Positions 1 through 11,757 of a stretch of 64,000 bases of DNA are shown piece after piece; positions within the stretch are counted from its first letter, which is position 1; the number at the start of each line of letters is the position of its first letter. The stretch covers positions 1 to 64,000 of the forward strand of contig CAXNAD020000001.1 in assembly GCA_964200185.2 (NCBI GenBank). The letters run 5' to 3'. Position numbers and translations under genes: made by a program. The notes below the pieces were generated by a model that was not told where the DNA came from, made no database searches, and worked only from the letters and a program-made list of their open reading frames with translations. Source of the stretch: Choristocarpus tenellus KU-1152 (lineage: Eukaryota > Protista > Phaeophyceae).

Positions 1-1761
1 ATGAATAATTCAAAATTACCTTTAATCGATATAATACTTCCATATAATTTATTAGCTGAAAAATTAGTTTTAGGATATATTTTAAAAAATCCGAATTCAA
101 TTATATTAATTAGTGAAAAATTACCAATTGAAGCATTTTATCTACAAAATCATCAAATTATTTATAAAACAGCATTAATATTATATGCAGAGGGTAAAAC
201 TGTTGATTATATTACTTTAATTACATGGTTACAAGATCATGAATTTTTATTTAAAATTGGAGGTACAGCGGTTGTTTTAGAATTATTAAATCAACTTCAT
301 ATTTTTGGTAATTTAGATGAATATATAGCATTAATTTATGATAAATATATTCGAAGATCTCTAATTGAACTTGGTGAAGAAATTATAGAATTTGGTTATT
401 TAACCGATTTATCATTAGAAACGATTTTTTCTAAAATCGAACAAAAATTTTTTGTAATTACTGAAAAAAAACAAAATAAAAATTTAATTAGTATTGAAGA
501 AGGTTTAACAGAGATTTTAGGAGAAATTGAAAAAGGTTTAAAAACTTCAAAAATTCCTGGATTAAAAACTTCGTTTATTGATTTTGATATAATAACACAA
601 GGATTTCAAAACTCAGATCTTATTATTATAGCTGGTCGACCATCAATGGGAAAAACAGCTTTTGCTTTTAATTTAGCTAAAAATATTGCTAGAAATCATA
701 ATATTGGAATTATTTTTTTTAGTCTAGAAATGACTCGTCAACAATTGTTATATCGATTATTAGCTTCTGAAATAATGATTTCAAATACTCGATTAAGATC
801 TTCAAGGATTAGTCAAAAAGAATGGGATAAATTAAATCAAAGTATAAAATTATTATCCCAAATAAAATTATATATAGATGATACACCTAATCTTTCTATT
901 GGAGAAATAAAATTTAAAATAAAAACACTTGAATTTGAATGTTTTCAATCAATTAATTTAATTATTATTGATTATCTACAATTACTTGAAGGTATTAATA
1001 AAAATGAAAATCGAGTTCAAGAACTTTCTAAAATAACACGATTATTAAAACAATTAGCTCGTGATTTAAATATTCCAATTATTGTATTATCTCAATTAAG
1101 TCGAAGTTTAGAAAGTCGAATAAATAAACGTCCCATATTAGCTGATTTACGGGAAAGTGGTTGTCTTTATTTTAAATCTCAATTAAATTTTAATATTATT
1201 AGAAAAAAAATTTTTTTACAAAAAAACATTTCTACAGTTTGTTGGACTGGAAATTATCTATCTAAACAATTAATTTTAAATGTAAGATTTACAGGTAAAA
1301 AACCCATATATAAATTAGAAACTTTATTAGGATGGTCCATTTTAATTAGTAGTAATCATAAAATCTTAACAAATAAAGGTTGGAAAAAAGTAGATCAATT
1401 AAATTTAAATACTTTTATTTGTATGAAATTATTAGTCTCTTTTTTACCACAATTTTATAAAAATAAACTTACTATCAGTTGGGATAAAATTTTAAAAATT
1501 AATTATGAAAAATTAGAATCAGTTTATGATCTACAAATACGAAATTTTTCAAATTATTTGACAAATCATATTATTATTCATAATTCAATAGAACAAGATG
1601 CTGATATTGTTATCATGCTATATCGAGATGATTATTATAATAAAGATAGTCTAGAAAAAGATATTATTGAAATAATTATTTCAAAACATAGAAATGGTCC
1701 TATTGGGGTTACAAAATTAAAATTTGATTCTAAATATCTTCGATTTTTTAACATTAAATAA
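1..1761 (+). CDS. dnaB: Replicative DNA helicase DnaB, intein-containing
   Basis: Walker A GRPSMGKT, FSLEM, IIIDYLQL, LSQLSR, DLRESG...SIEQDAD and KHRNGP motifs. Confidence 0.97.
   Translation: MNNSKLPLIDIILPYNLLAEKLVLGYILKNPNSIILISEKLPIEAFYLQNHQIIYKTALILYAEGKTVDYITLITWLQDHEFLFKIGGTAVVLELLNQLHIFGNLDEYIALIYDKYIRRSLIELGEEIIEFGYLTDLSLETIFSKIEQKFFVITEKKQNKNLISIEEGLTEILGEIEKGLKTSKIPGLKTSFIDFDIITQGFQNSDLIIIAGRPSMGKTAFAFNLAKNIARNHNIGIIFFSLEMTRQQLLYRLLASEIMISNTRLRSSRISQKEWDKLNQSIKLLSQIKLYIDDTPNLSIGEIKFKIKTLEFECFQSINLIIIDYLQLLEGINKNENRVQELSKITRLLKQLARDLNIPIIVLSQLSRSLESRINKRPILADLRESGCLYFKSQLNFNIIRKKIFLQKNISTVCWTGNYLSKQLILNVRFTGKKPIYKLETLLGWSILISSNHKILTNKGWKKVDQLNLNTFICMKLLVSFLPQFYKNKLTISWDKILKINYEKLESVYDLQIRNFSNYLTNHIIIHNSIEQDADIVIMLYRDDYYNKDSLEKDIIEIIISKHRNGPIGVTKLKFDSKYLRFFNIK
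1162..1584 (+). mobile_element. DnaB mini-intein (141 aa, no homing endonuclease)
   Basis: In-frame insert between ESG and SIEQDAD. It starts with Cys and has block B SSNHKILT, block F VYDLQI and terminal His-Asn followed by Ser+1. Confidence 0.95.
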
Positions 1762-1816
1762 TAATAAACTCGATAATTAGGGTATATAATCTAAAGATTA
1801 TATCTTTATTATTAGA

Positions 1817-1889
1817 GCGTTCTTAGTTCAGTTGGTAGAACATAGGTCTCCAAAACCTAGTGTCGAGGGTTCAAATCCTTCAGAGCGTG
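1817..1889 (+). tRNA. trnW: tRNA-Trp(CCA)
   Basis: Cloverleaf, anticodon loop CTCCAAA, T loop TTCAAAT. Confidence 0.95.
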
Positions 1890-1971
1890 TTTAAATAAAA
1901 TAATATTAATTAAGGAATTTAATATTATTTATAAAATTTTTAAATTTCAAAATTCATAAAAAGAAAAATCT

Positions 1972-2400
1972 ATGATAAAAAAAGTAACTAGCATAATAAA
2001 ATTAGCCTTACCTGCAGGTAAGGCTATGCCAGCACCTCCAGTAGGTCCTGCTCTTAGTCAACATGGAGTAAATATTGCAGCTTTTTGTAAAGAATATAAT
2101 GCAAAAACAGCTGACCAAAAAGATTTAATTATTCCTGTAGAAATTTCAGTTTATGAAGATCGTTCTTATACTTTTATTTTAAAAACTCCACCTGCTTCAA
2201 TTTTATTAATAAAAGCAACAAATATAAAAAAAGGATCATCGAATTCAAAGAAAGAAAAAATTGCTTCAATAACAAAAAAAGAACTAGAAAAAATAGCGGA
2301 AATTAAATTACCTGATTTAAATACAAAACGTTTAGATAGTGCTATTAAAATTATTGCAGGAACAGCAAAAAATATGGGAATTTCTATAATTGATGATTAA
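1972..2400 (+). CDS. rpl11: 50S ribosomal protein L11
   Basis: [23 protein letters not shown]. Confidence 0.97.
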   Translation: MIKKVTSIIKLALPAGKAMPAPPVGPALSQHGVNIAAFCKEYNAKTADQKDLIIPVEISVYEDRSYTFILKTPPASILLIKATNIKKGSSNSKKEKIASITKKELEKIAEIKLPDLNTKRLDSAIKIIAGTAKNMGISIIDD

Positions 2401-2411
2401 ATAAATAAATA

Positions 2412-3104
2412 ATGAAAAAATTAACCAAAAGAATAAAAAAAAATAATCAAAAAATAGAACAACGATTTTATGAAAAAACAGAAGCAATTAAAATTTTAAA
2501 AGAAACAGCAAATGCACAGTTTATAGAATCTGTTGAAGTTCATATTGCTTTATATATAAATCCAAAATATAGTGATCAACAATTACGAAATACATTGATT
2601 TTACCAAAAGGAATAGGTAAAAGTAAACGAATAGCTGCTTTAGTTCCAATTGAAACGAATATTAACGATTTTGAACATTTAGCTTATAAAATTGGATCAG
2701 ATGATTTAATAGAAGAAATAAATCAAGGAAAAATAGATTTTGATATCTTAATTGCAACTCCGGATATGATGCCCAAATTAGCAAAATTAGGTAGAGTTTT
2801 AGGACCAAAAGGATTAATGCCTTCACCAAAAGCTGGAACAGTAACAACTAATATTAAATTAACATTAGAAGAGTTTACAAAAGGGAAATTTGAATATCGT
2901 GCCGATAAAACAGGAATTGTACATTTAATGATTGGAAAAATTAATTTTACAGAATTAGATTTATTAGAAAATTTAAATGCTGTTTATAAATCAATTGAAA
3001 CTAATAAACCTACAGGAGTAAAAGGACGTTATTTTAAAACATTTCATATTTGTAGTACTATGGGACCATCTATTAAACTTGATTTATTATCATTAAAATC
3101 TTAA
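2412..3104 (+). CDS. rpl1: 50S ribosomal protein L1
   Basis: LGRVLGPKGLMPSPKAGTVT, STMGPS. Confidence 0.97.
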   Translation: MKKLTKRIKKNNQKIEQRFYEKTEAIKILKETANAQFIESVEVHIALYINPKYSDQQLRNTLILPKGIGKSKRIAALVPIETNINDFEHLAYKIGSDDLIEEINQGKIDFDILIATPDMMPKLAKLGRVLGPKGLMPSPKAGTVTTNIKLTLEEFTKGKFEYRADKTGIVHLMIGKINFTELDLLENLNAVYKSIETNKPTGVKGRYFKTFHICSTMGPSIKLDLLSLKS

Positions 3105-3152
3105 TTAAATAAATTTTTAATTGACAAACGAAAAAATTAAAATAAATAAAAA

Positions 3153-3548
3153 ATGACTGAAAAAATTTCTACGTTAATCGAAGAATTACAAAACTTAACT
3201 TTATTAGAAGCTTCTGAATTAGTAACAGCAATTGAAACAACATTTAATGTCGATGCTTCTATTAGTAGTGGTAATGTAATGATGATGGATACTGGAGCAA
3301 CTAATAGCAGTTCAAATCCTGCAGAAGAACAAAAAACTACATTTGATATTAGTTTAGATGAAGTGCCTACAGATAAAAAAATAGCAATTTTAAAAGTTGT
3401 TCGAGTAATGACAGAATTAGGTTTAAAAGAAGCAAAAGATGTTGTCGAAAATACACCTAAGATTATAAAAGAACAATTATCTAAAGAAGCAGCTGAAGAA
3501 GGAAAAAAATTATTAGAAGATGCAGGAGCTAAAGTAACTTTAAAATAA
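3153..3548 (+). CDS. rpl12: 50S ribosomal protein L12
   Basis: LTLLEASELV, LGLKEAKDVVE, AGAKVTLK. Confidence 0.96.
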   Translation: MTEKISTLIEELQNLTLLEASELVTAIETTFNVDASISSGNVMMMDTGATNSSSNPAEEQKTTFDISLDEVPTDKKIAILKVVRVMTELGLKEAKDVVENTPKIIKEQLSKEAAEEGKKLLEDAGAKVTLK

Positions 3549-3575
3549 TTAATAATTATTTTAATAATTATTATA

Positions 3576-3878
3576 TTAATATAAATCTTCTTCTACATGA
3601 GTTTTTATTTTACAATCTGAAAGAGGATAACTTACACATGTTAAGATATATCCATTTGAAATTTGATCTTCATGTAAAAAAGCTTGGTCTTTTTGATTTA
3701 TTTCACCTTCGATAATAAGACCTGCGCATGTAGAACAAGCGCCAGCACGACATGCATAAGGTAAGTCTAAATCTGTTTTATCTTCAGCAGCATCTAAAAT
3801 ATATTCATCATCATTACACACGAAACTATCAGCTTTATCATTATTTTCATCCACTACTGAAATTTTGTACTCAGCCAT
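3576..3878 (-). CDS. petF: [2Fe-2S] ferredoxin
   Basis: CRAGACSTC...LTC cluster motif, C-terminal HVEEDLY. Confidence 0.96.
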   Translation of the reverse strand: MAEYKISVVDENNDKADSFVCNDDEYILDAAEDKTDLDLPYACRAGACSTCAGLIIEGEINQKDQAFLHEDQISNGYILTCVSYPLSDCKIKTHVEEDLY

Positions 3879-3958
3879 AATAAAAATTATGTTATATATA
3901 TATTAAATTTTACAAAAATAGTAAAATATTATTAAAAATAATAATAATAAGTTTTGTT

Positions 3959-3987
3959 ATTATAAATTAATATAAATAATTTGTCAA
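3959..3987 (-). promoter_or_regulatory. Consensus sigma70-type promoter for petF
   Basis: Minus strand reads TTGACA-N17-TATAAT, about 80 nt upstream of the petF start. Confidence 0.75.
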
Positions 3988-4040
3988 TAGTTTATTCTAA
4001 TAAAAAAGTCAAAAACTTGTACAAGTTCGAGGATAAATAA

Positions 4041-5570
4041 ATGGCTTTACCATGGTATCGTGTTCATAGTGTAGTTCTTAATGATCCCGGTAGATTAATC
4101 GCTGTTCATTTAATGCATACAGCATTAGTTGCAGGCTGGGCTGGTTCAATGGCACTTTATGAACTAGCTGTTTTTGATCCTTCAGATCCAGTATTAAATC
4201 CAATGTGGCGTCAAGGCATGTTTGTTATGCCATTTATGTCAAGATTAGGAATTGTTGATTCTTGGGGGGGGTGGAGTATTACAGGAGAAAGTATTTCTAA
4301 TCCCGGAATTTGGAGTTTTGAAGGAGTAGCTTTAAGTCATATTATTTTATCTGGTCTTTGTTTTTTAGCAGCTATTTGGCATTGGGTTTATTGGGATCTT
4401 GAATTATTTCGTGATCAAACAACAGGTGATCCAACATTAGATCTTCCAAAGATTTTTGGTATACATTTATTTTTGTCAGGTTTATTATGTTTTGGATTTG
4501 GTGCCTTTCATGTAACAGGACTTTTTGGGCCAGGAATTTGGGTATCAGATGCTTATGGGATTACAGGAAAAATTCAACCTACATCTCCAACTTGGGGTCC
4601 TGAAGGTTTTAATCCTTTTAATCCCGCTGGGATTGCAGCACATCATATTGCTGCCGGAACATTTGGTATTTTAGCTGGAGTTTTTCATTTCACAATTCGA
4701 CCACCGCAACGTTTATATCGTGCATTAAGAATGGGGAATATAGAAACAGTACTTTCTAGTAGTATTTCTGCAGTCTTTTTTGCAGCTTTTATTACATCAG
4801 GTACTATGTGGTATGGTTCAGCTACAACACCTATCGAATTATTTGGTCCAACTAGATATCAATGGGATAGTGGTTATTTTCAACAAGAAATTGAGCGTCG
4901 TATTGAAACTTCATTAAATGATGGTTTATCAGAAAGTAATGCTTGGTTAAGCATCCCAGATAAATTAGCATTTTATGATTATATAGGAAATAACCCTGCC
5001 AAAGGTGGGTTATTCCGTGCTGGTCCTATGGATAAAGGTGATGGTATTGCTGAAGCTTGGTTAGGTCACCCAGTTTTTCGTGATCGTGAAGGTCGTGAAT
5101 TAGTAGTCCGTCGCATGCCTGCCTTTTTCGAAACATTTCCAGTTATTTTAATTGATAAAGATGGTATTATTCGTGCTGATATACCATTTAGACGAGCAGA
5201 ATCTAAATATAGCATTGAACAAGTAGGTGTTAACGTTAGTTTTTATGGTGGAAAATTAAATGGACAGTCGTTTAAAGATGCTCCAACAGTAAAAAAATTC
5301 GCTCGAAAAGCGCAATTAGGCGAAGTTTTTGAATTTGATCGAACAAGTTTAGGTTCAGATGGTGTGTTTAGAAGTAGTCCACGTGGTTGGTATACTTTTG
5401 GGCATATTAATTTAGCTTTATTATTTTTCTTAGGTCACTTATGGCATGGATCACGTACTATTTTCCGTGATGTTTTCACAGGTATTGGTTCAGAAGTAAC
5501 AGAACAAGTTGAATTTGGAGCATTCCAAAAATTAGGTGATGAAACAACTCGTAAACAAGGTATAGTTTAA
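4041..5570 (+). CDS. psbB: Photosystem II CP47
   Basis: MALPWYRVH...FQKLGD, full length. Confidence 0.99.
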   Translation: MALPWYRVHSVVLNDPGRLIAVHLMHTALVAGWAGSMALYELAVFDPSDPVLNPMWRQGMFVMPFMSRLGIVDSWGGWSITGESISNPGIWSFEGVALSHIILSGLCFLAAIWHWVYWDLELFRDQTTGDPTLDLPKIFGIHLFLSGLLCFGFGAFHVTGLFGPGIWVSDAYGITGKIQPTSPTWGPEGFNPFNPAGIAAHHIAAGTFGILAGVFHFTIRPPQRLYRALRMGNIETVLSSSISAVFFAAFITSGTMWYGSATTPIELFGPTRYQWDSGYFQQEIERRIETSLNDGLSESNAWLSIPDKLAFYDYIGNNPAKGGLFRAGPMDKGDGIAEAWLGHPVFRDREGRELVVRRMPAFFETFPVILIDKDGIIRADIPFRRAESKYSIEQVGVNVSFYGGKLNGQSFKDAPTVKKFARKAQLGEVFEFDRTSLGSDGVFRSSPRGWYTFGHINLALLFFLGHLWHGSRTIFRDVFTGIGSEVTEQVEFGAFQKLGDETTRKQGIV

Positions 5571-5596
5571 TTTATTTTTTATTTAAAAGGAAAAAA

Positions 5597-5695
5597 ATGG
5601 AAGCATTAGTTTATACGTTTTTATTAATTGGAACTTTAATGGTTTTATTTTTTGCAGTTTTCTTCCGTGAACCTCCTAAAGTTTTAAAAGATTAA
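5597..5695 (+). CDS. psbT: Photosystem II PsbT (not in ORF track)
   Basis: Manual translation [32 protein letters not shown]. Confidence 0.96.
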   Translation: MEALVYTFLLIGTLMVLFFAVFFREPPKVLKD

Positions 5696-5729
5696 TTAAA
5701 AAATAATTAATTATTTTTTAATTAATCTT
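5688..5729. terminator. Perfect 42-bp palindrome between convergent psbT and psbN
   Basis: AAGATTAATTAAAAAATAATT|AATTATTTTTTAATTAATCTT, includes both stop codons. Confidence 0.75.
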
Positions 5730-5853
5730 CATGTTCTTCAAATGGGTCTCGTAAAAATTTAGAATTTGGACCAAATGCTGTATAAATTGAATAAGCTGTT
5801 ATTCCTATTAATAAACTAGAGACAAAAATAACTAAGATTGTTGATGTTTCCAT
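5722..5853 (-). CDS. psbN: PsbN (Pbf1) (not in ORF track)
   Basis: Manual translation [10 protein letters not shown]...[18 protein letters not shown]. Confidence 0.96.
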   Translation of the reverse strand: METSTILVIFVSSLLIGITAYSIYTAFGPNSKFLRDPFEEHED

Positions 5854-5933
5854 AATTTTTATTTATTAATTTTAATTTTATTAAAATATGCTATTGACAA
5901 AAATATTATTATTTAATTAAATTTTATTGAATT

Positions 5934-6137
5934 ATGGCTTTACGTACAAGATTAGGTGAAATATTAAAACCCTTAAATGATGAAGCAGGTAAAGTAGCTC
6001 CAAATTGGGGAACAACCCCAATTATGGGCGTATTTATGTTATTGTTTTTTGTTTTTTTATTAATTATTTTACAAATTTATAATTCTTCATTAATAATTGA
6101 AAATGTAAATGTAGATTGGCAAAGTTTAGATAATTAA
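5934..6137 (+). CDS. psbH: Photosystem II PsbH
   Basis: [30 protein letters not shown]. Confidence 0.97.
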   Translation: MALRTRLGEILKPLNDEAGKVAPNWGTTPIMGVFMLLFFVFLLIILQIYNSSLIIENVNVDWQSLDN

Positions 6138-6139
6138 AT

Positions 6140-8137
6140 TTAAGTAATTGTTATGATTTCATCGTCTTTATAATTATTATTGAATTTTATTGTTTTAGGT
6201 TTTTGATCAAATATTGTTAACAACATTTTAATTTTATTTGGTTTAGGTAAACCTGTGTAATTACTAACAAATTTTTTAAAATCTTTTCCTTCAATAGTTT
6301 CTATTTGAATTAAAATAGTTGCTAATTGATCTAAAAGTAAACGATTTCTTTTTAATAATTTACAAGCTTGGTGAAACCCATCTTCTATAATTTCAATAAT
6401 TTGTTCATCAATTTGATCAGCAATATCTAATAATGTATCAGGTCTAGTTTGAACATTACGACCAAAAAATATTGTTGGTTTTGGTAAATCTATAGCCATA
6501 GGAGTTAAATTCGACATTCCAAATCTGGTAACCATTTGTCTTGCTAATGTATTAACTTGAAAAAAGTCATTACTTGCTCCACTAGTTATTTCCATTTGTC
6601 CAAATATAATTTTTTCAGCAGCTCTCCCTGCAAGAATACCAATTAAACGTGATGATAATTGTCCACGAGTCATTAAAGGTTGTTCTTCTGGCGTAAACCA
6701 AGTTAATCCTTGTGCTTGACCTCTAGGAATTAATGTTACTTTTTGAACATCATCATGATTTTTTAATAAAGTTCCTGCTAAAGCATGCCCAACTTCATGA
6801 TAAGCAACCAATCTTTTATTTCGAGAATCATTTAAAACAACACCTTCTAATCCTACAATTATTTTTTCTATCGCAGTATTAATTTCTTTGATACTTATTG
6901 TTTCAAGATTTGCTCGAGCAGTTAAAATAGCAGCTTCATTTAAAATATTAGCTAAATCAGCTCCAGAAAAACCTGATGTTCGTTGAGCAATAAATTTAAT
7001 TGAAGTTTTAGAATCAATCTTTTTATCTTGACTATGGACTTTTAAAATTTCCATTCGTCCATATAAATCCGGTAAATTAAGAGTGATTTGTCTATCAAAA
7101 CGACCTGGTCGTAAAAGTGCAGAATCTAAAACATCAGCACGGTTTGTAGCTGCAATTACAATAATACCAGTAGTCGGTTTAAAACCATCCATTTCACTTA
7201 AAATTTGATTTAATGTTTGTTCTCGCTCATCATTATTTCCACCAACCCCAACACCACGTTGTCTTCCTATCGCATCAATCTCATCAATAAAAAGAATACA
7301 TGGTGAATTTCGCTCAGCTGTATTAAATAAATCACGAACTCTTGAAGCTCCTATTCCAACAAACATTTCTACAAATTCAGAACCTGAAATACTAATAAAA
7401 GGTACGCCAGCTTCACCAGCAATTGCTTTCGCAAGTAAGGTTTTACCTGTTCCTGGTGGCCCAACTATAATAACACCTTTAGGAGGATTTGCACCAACAG
7501 CAGTAAATAAATGAGGTGTTTTAAGAAATGAAACAAATTCTTCAAATTCTTGTTTTGCATCATCAATTCCAGCTACATCTTTAAAAAGAACACCAGTATC
7601 AGGGTCTATTTGCACTTTAGCTCGAACTTTACGAACATTTAATATTTGATTAGTTAATGAGCTTAATAAATCAGAACCGCCTCCTTGAAAATTTAAAAGT
7701 TGAAAAAGAATGAAACACGCAATTAAAATTAAAAACGGAATAAAAGTAACACTTAAAATAGACCATACTGCATCAAAATTAATTTTTGGATGTGAAGTAA
7801 AATTAACTTTTGATTCTCTTAATTGTACAACAAACGAAGAGATTTTAATAGGAATTTGTACACGAACTGGTTTTTCAAGTTCACCAGATTCACTATTAAT
7901 TTTTTCACAAATAACAATTCCACCATTTTCATATAAATCTACTGTCTTAATTTCTTTTTTATTTAAAGCATTAGAAAATTCATTATATGAAATTATTTTA
8001 TTTGGATGACTATTTTTAAAATTAATTACATTATTTTTTATATCAGTAAAATCATCAAACTTAAGAAATATAACACTGGAAAAAATTACTAAAAGAATTA
8101 ATATAATATAAAAAATTCGTGGACCTTCATATTTCAT
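6140..8137 (-). CDS. ftsH: FtsH AAA+ zinc metalloprotease (ycf25)
   Basis: [27 protein letters not shown]; two N-terminal hydrophobic segments. Confidence 0.97.
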   Translation of the reverse strand: MKYEGPRIFYIILILLVIFSSVIFLKFDDFTDIKNNVINFKNSHPNKIISYNEFSNALNKKEIKTVDLYENGGIVICEKINSESGELEKPVRVQIPIKISSFVVQLRESKVNFTSHPKINFDAVWSILSVTFIPFLILIACFILFQLLNFQGGGSDLLSSLTNQILNVRKVRAKVQIDPDTGVLFKDVAGIDDAKQEFEEFVSFLKTPHLFTAVGANPPKGVIIVGPPGTGKTLLAKAIAGEAGVPFISISGSEFVEMFVGIGASRVRDLFNTAERNSPCILFIDEIDAIGRQRGVGVGGNNDEREQTLNQILSEMDGFKPTTGIIVIAATNRADVLDSALLRPGRFDRQITLNLPDLYGRMEILKVHSQDKKIDSKTSIKFIAQRTSGFSGADLANILNEAAILTARANLETISIKEINTAIEKIIVGLEGVVLNDSRNKRLVAYHEVGHALAGTLLKNHDDVQKVTLIPRGQAQGLTWFTPEEQPLMTRGQLSSRLIGILAGRAAEKIIFGQMEITSGASNDFFQVNTLARQMVTRFGMSNLTPMAIDLPKPTIFFGRNVQTRPDTLLDIADQIDEQIIEIIEDGFHQACKLLKRNRLLLDQLATILIQIETIEGKDFKKFVSNYTGLPKPNKIKMLLTIFDQKPKTIKFNNNYKDDEIITIT

Positions 8138-8210
8138 TTTTTTTCTCCAATATTTATATACTTTATAATGCAGTATTAAGTTACTAACATAAATTAATAA
8201 AAAAAAACAA

Positions 8211-10034
8211 CTAAATTTCCATTATTGCATCTTCTTTTGTTGTTCGAGTTTTAGCATCTAATTGCATTTCACTATTAGTTTTTGCTGGTTCAACCATTGG
8301 ATAACAATTTTCATCTTCAATAACATAACATTCCATTAAAACAGGACCATCATATGCAAAAGCTTCTTTTAAAGATTTAATTAAATCTTTAGTTTTATTT
8401 ACATAAATACTTTTTATATTATAAGCATTTGCTAATTTACTCAAGTTAGGAGCACCAATTTCCATATTAGAATGAGAATATCTTTTTTTATAAAAAGTTT
8501 CTTGCCATTGACGAACCATACCTTGCCAATTATTATTAATAATAATTATTTTAATTGGTAAATTATATTGTGAAATTGTGGCTAATTCTTGTAAATTCAT
8601 TTGAAAACTTGAATCTCCACTTATACAAATAATTTCTTTATTTATTGTAGCAATTACCGCTCCAATTGCTGCTGGTAATCCAAACCCCATTGTTCCTAAT
8701 CCAGCACTTGATAACCAATTTCGCGGTTTCGATTTAATATATTGAGCTGCCCACATTTGATGTTGTCCGACATCAGTTGTTATTATTGCATTTGGTTTTA
8801 ATTTTGTAATTTCTATAATTACTTCTTGAGGTAATAAAGCTTTTTCATTAATAGAAGTAGTTAATGGGTATTTAAATTTCCAAAGTAAAATTTGTTTATG
8901 CCAATTTTTTAATAAATTAAAATATCTTTTTCTTAAAAAAGAATATTCTATTTGTTCTGTTAAAATTAAAAAATTTGTTAAAATTTCTCTAATATCACCA
9001 ACAATTCCAATTTCAATTTCTTTATTTTTTCCTATTTCAACATCATCAATATCAATATGAACAATTACAGCATTACAAGCAAAATCTTCTAATTTTCCTG
9101 TTACTCGATCATCAAATCTTGCCCCTATTGCAAATAAAAGGTCACAATTACTTATTGCAAAATTAGCATAAGCAGTACCATGCATTCCTAACATTCCTAA
9201 AGATAATTCATGATTTTCATTAAATGCACCTTTTCCCATTAAAGTAGTTGTAACGGGTATCGAAAACCGTTCAGCTAATTTTGTTAATTCTTGACTTGCA
9301 TTCGAATTTATTACACCCCCACCAATATAAAATAATGGTTGTAATGAATCTTGTAATTTTTCTAAAACATCATAAAATGGTTTATTTTGTTTTTTTATTT
9401 TAAAATGCCATCCTAAAACTTTATGAATATTTAATTGAGTAAAAGGAATATAATTTTTAATTATTTCAAAACCTATATTTTTAGGTATGTCAATAAGAAC
9501 TGGTCCAGGTCGACCATTTTGTGCTATATAAATTGCTTCAGTAAGAATTTGTGATATAAATTTTGCTTCTAAAACAATATATGAATGTTTAACAAGAGAT
9601 AATGTAATACTATAAATATCAATTTCTTGAAACGCATCAGTTCCCAGAAATGTAGTTCCAACTTGTCCTGTAATAATTATCATTGGAATAGAATCTAATT
9701 TAGCTGTTGCAATTCCGGTTATTAGATTGGTTGCACCAGGGCCGGAGGTTGCAAAGCAAACTCCTATTTTTCCACTAGATCTACTAAAACCATCAGCAGC
9801 ATGAGTAGCTGCTTGTTCATGTCGAACTAAGTAATGTTTTATTATTTTTTGTTGTTCCCAAAAAAACAATTCATCATAAATAGGTAATATAGCTCCACCG
9901 GGATAACCAAAAACTGAATAAATACCATTTCTAATTAAACTATCAAAAAGAGCAAAAGCACCAGTTTTTTTACATTTAGTAAAACTTTTTTTTTCTGTTA
10001 AATTTTGTAATAAATTCTGTTTTTGGTTTGACAT
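8211..10034 (-). CDS. ilvB: Acetolactate synthase large subunit
   Basis: [27 protein letters not shown]...NN TPP motif. Confidence 0.97.
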   Translation of the reverse strand: MSNQKQNLLQNLTEKKSFTKCKKTGAFALFDSLIRNGIYSVFGYPGGAILPIYDELFFWEQQKIIKHYLVRHEQAATHAADGFSRSSGKIGVCFATSGPGATNLITGIATAKLDSIPMIIITGQVGTTFLGTDAFQEIDIYSITLSLVKHSYIVLEAKFISQILTEAIYIAQNGRPGPVLIDIPKNIGFEIIKNYIPFTQLNIHKVLGWHFKIKKQNKPFYDVLEKLQDSLQPLFYIGGGVINSNASQELTKLAERFSIPVTTTLMGKGAFNENHELSLGMLGMHGTAYANFAISNCDLLFAIGARFDDRVTGKLEDFACNAVIVHIDIDDVEIGKNKEIEIGIVGDIREILTNFLILTEQIEYSFLRKRYFNLLKNWHKQILLWKFKYPLTTSINEKALLPQEVIIEITKLKPNAIITTDVGQHQMWAAQYIKSKPRNWLSSAGLGTMGFGLPAAIGAVIATINKEIICISGDSSFQMNLQELATISQYNLPIKIIIINNNWQGMVRQWQETFYKKRYSHSNMEIGAPNLSKLANAYNIKSIYVNKTKDLIKSLKEAFAYDGPVLMECYVIEDENCYPMVEPAKTNSEMQLDAKTRTTKEDAIMEI

Positions 10035-10057
10035 AAAATAAGATTTAAAAAATACAA

Positions 10058-10243
10058 TTAATCAATTGTAATCATTTTTTTTAAAATATATATTAAAATA
10101 CAAATTAAAACAATTAATATTATTAATATTTTTTGATTACTTTTAATTAATTTAAAAATTGGTCTGAATAATATTAAAATTAATCCTAATGTAGAAGAAA
10201 TAAAAAATCGGTTATAGCGCAATAAATTTTCCCAAAAATCCAT
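10058..10243 (-). CDS. ycf33: Ycf33 small membrane protein
   Basis: FWENLLRYNRFFISSTLGL; adjacent to ilvB. Confidence 0.88.
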   Translation of the reverse strand: MDFWENLLRYNRFFISSTLGLILILFRPIFKLIKSNQKILIILIVLICILIYILKKMITID

Positions 10244-10400
10244 AAAATAATTTGTTATGTTATATATTTATATATAATGAATTTTTTACATTATAATAGT
10301 ATCATACTATTAAATATAATTTATATTAATAATAAAAATTTTTTTAAAATTATAAAATAAATGACTTTAGTCTTAATATATTAAAATACAAATACAATTT

Positions 10401-11360
10401 ATGACATTACTTATTCTTGGTGGAACTGGAACTTTAGGCCGACAAATCGTTAAAAAAGCTTTAGAAAATGGTTTTCCAGTTAGATGTATTGTAAGAAATA
10501 AAAAAACAGCAAATTTTTTAAAAGAATGGGGAGCAGAATTAATTTATGGTGATTTAAGTTTACCTGAAACATTACCTTTGTCTTTTCAAGGTATTACTGC
10601 TATAATTGATGCCTCTACCTCAAAATCACAAGATGATAATAACTTGTGGGATGTAGATTGGTACGGAAAATTAATTTTAATCGAATTAGCTAAATATATA
10701 AAAATAAAACGTTTTATTTTTATGTCAATATTAAATGCAGAAAAATATCCTTATATTACTTTAATGCAAATGAAAAGTAATATCGAAAAAATATTAAAAA
10801 ATTCAGGTATTCCTTTTACAATATTTAAATGTGGAGGGTTTTTTCAGGCATTAATAAATCAATATGCAATTCCTATTTTAGAACAAAAATCTATATTAAC
10901 AACAAGAGAATCAAAAAAAATTTCTTATATTGATACACAAGACGCCGCTAAGTTTTGTATTAAAAGTTTATGGATTCAAGAAACAAAAAATAAAAGTTTT
11001 TTTTTAGGTAGTATGCAAACTTGGAAATCAGAAGAAATTATAAATTTATGTGAGAAATTATCTGGTCAAAAAGCAAAAATTGAAGTTATCTCAATAATTT
11101 TTTTAAAGCTAATGCGTCAAATTACAGGTTTTTTTGAATGGACTCTTAAAGTAAGTGACCGTTTAGCTTTTATTGAGGTTTTAATTGATAAACAAAATTT
11201 TACATCTTCTATTTATTCAAGTTATAAAATTTTAAAGATAAATACTAATGAAATTTTAGAATTAGATTTTTATTTACAAGAATATTTTGAAATGATGTTA
11301 ATTACTTTAGAAAATTTAAATGTTGGAAAAATTCTTAATAAAAAAAATTTAATTCTTTAA
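10401..11360 (+). CDS. ycf39: Ycf39 NAD(P)-binding atypical SDR
   Basis: GGTGTLGRQIV, FLKEWGAELIYGDL. Confidence 0.95.
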   Translation: MTLLILGGTGTLGRQIVKKALENGFPVRCIVRNKKTANFLKEWGAELIYGDLSLPETLPLSFQGITAIIDASTSKSQDDNNLWDVDWYGKLILIELAKYIKIKRFIFMSILNAEKYPYITLMQMKSNIEKILKNSGIPFTIFKCGGFFQALINQYAIPILEQKSILTTRESKKISYIDTQDAAKFCIKSLWIQETKNKSFFLGSMQTWKSEEIINLCEKLSGQKAKIEVISIIFLKLMRQITGFFEWTLKVSDRLAFIEVLIDKQNFTSSIYSSYKILKINTNEILELDFYLQEYFEMMLITLENLNVGKILNKKNLIL

Positions 11361-11371
11361 AATACTTCAAA

Positions 11372-11680
11372 ATGAATTATAGTATTTTCGTTATAAAAAT
11401 AATTTCTAATCCAATTTATAAAATTTATGGAGAAGAAAAAATGATAGAAACACTAGTTAAATTTCCATCTTTCTCACAAAAAAAATGTTATGATAAAGTT
11501 CAATTAAATTTTTGGGGAAATCATAGAAACGATTTTCTCGAATATTATAGACTTAAAGATTATTTAATTATCGAAGGAATAATTTCTTTAAACAATAATT
11601 TTAATGAAATTAATATTACTGTTAAAAAAATTTATCCATTTATATTAAATGATGAAGCTCTATATGATAAATTTTTTTAA
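11372..11680 (+). CDS. ycf41: Ycf41 (SSB-like OB fold)
   Basis: FWGN...YYRLKDYLIIEG; follows ycf39 as in red-lineage plastids. Confidence 0.8.
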   Translation: MNYSIFVIKIISNPIYKIYGEEKMIETLVKFPSFSQKKCYDKVQLNFWGNHRNDFLEYYRLKDYLIIEGIISLNNNFNEINITVKKIYPFILNDEALYDKFF

Positions 11681-11740
11681 AAAATAAATAAAAAATAAAT
11701 AAAAAATAAATAAAAAATAAATAAAAAATAAATAAAAAAT
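11678..11740. repeat. Tandem repeat TAAAAAATAAA, about 5.7 copies
   Basis: Five exact 11-bp units plus a partial one, followed by a complementary TTTATTTTTTA arm. Confidence 0.9.
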
Positions 11741-11757
11741 TTATTTTTTAATTTATT

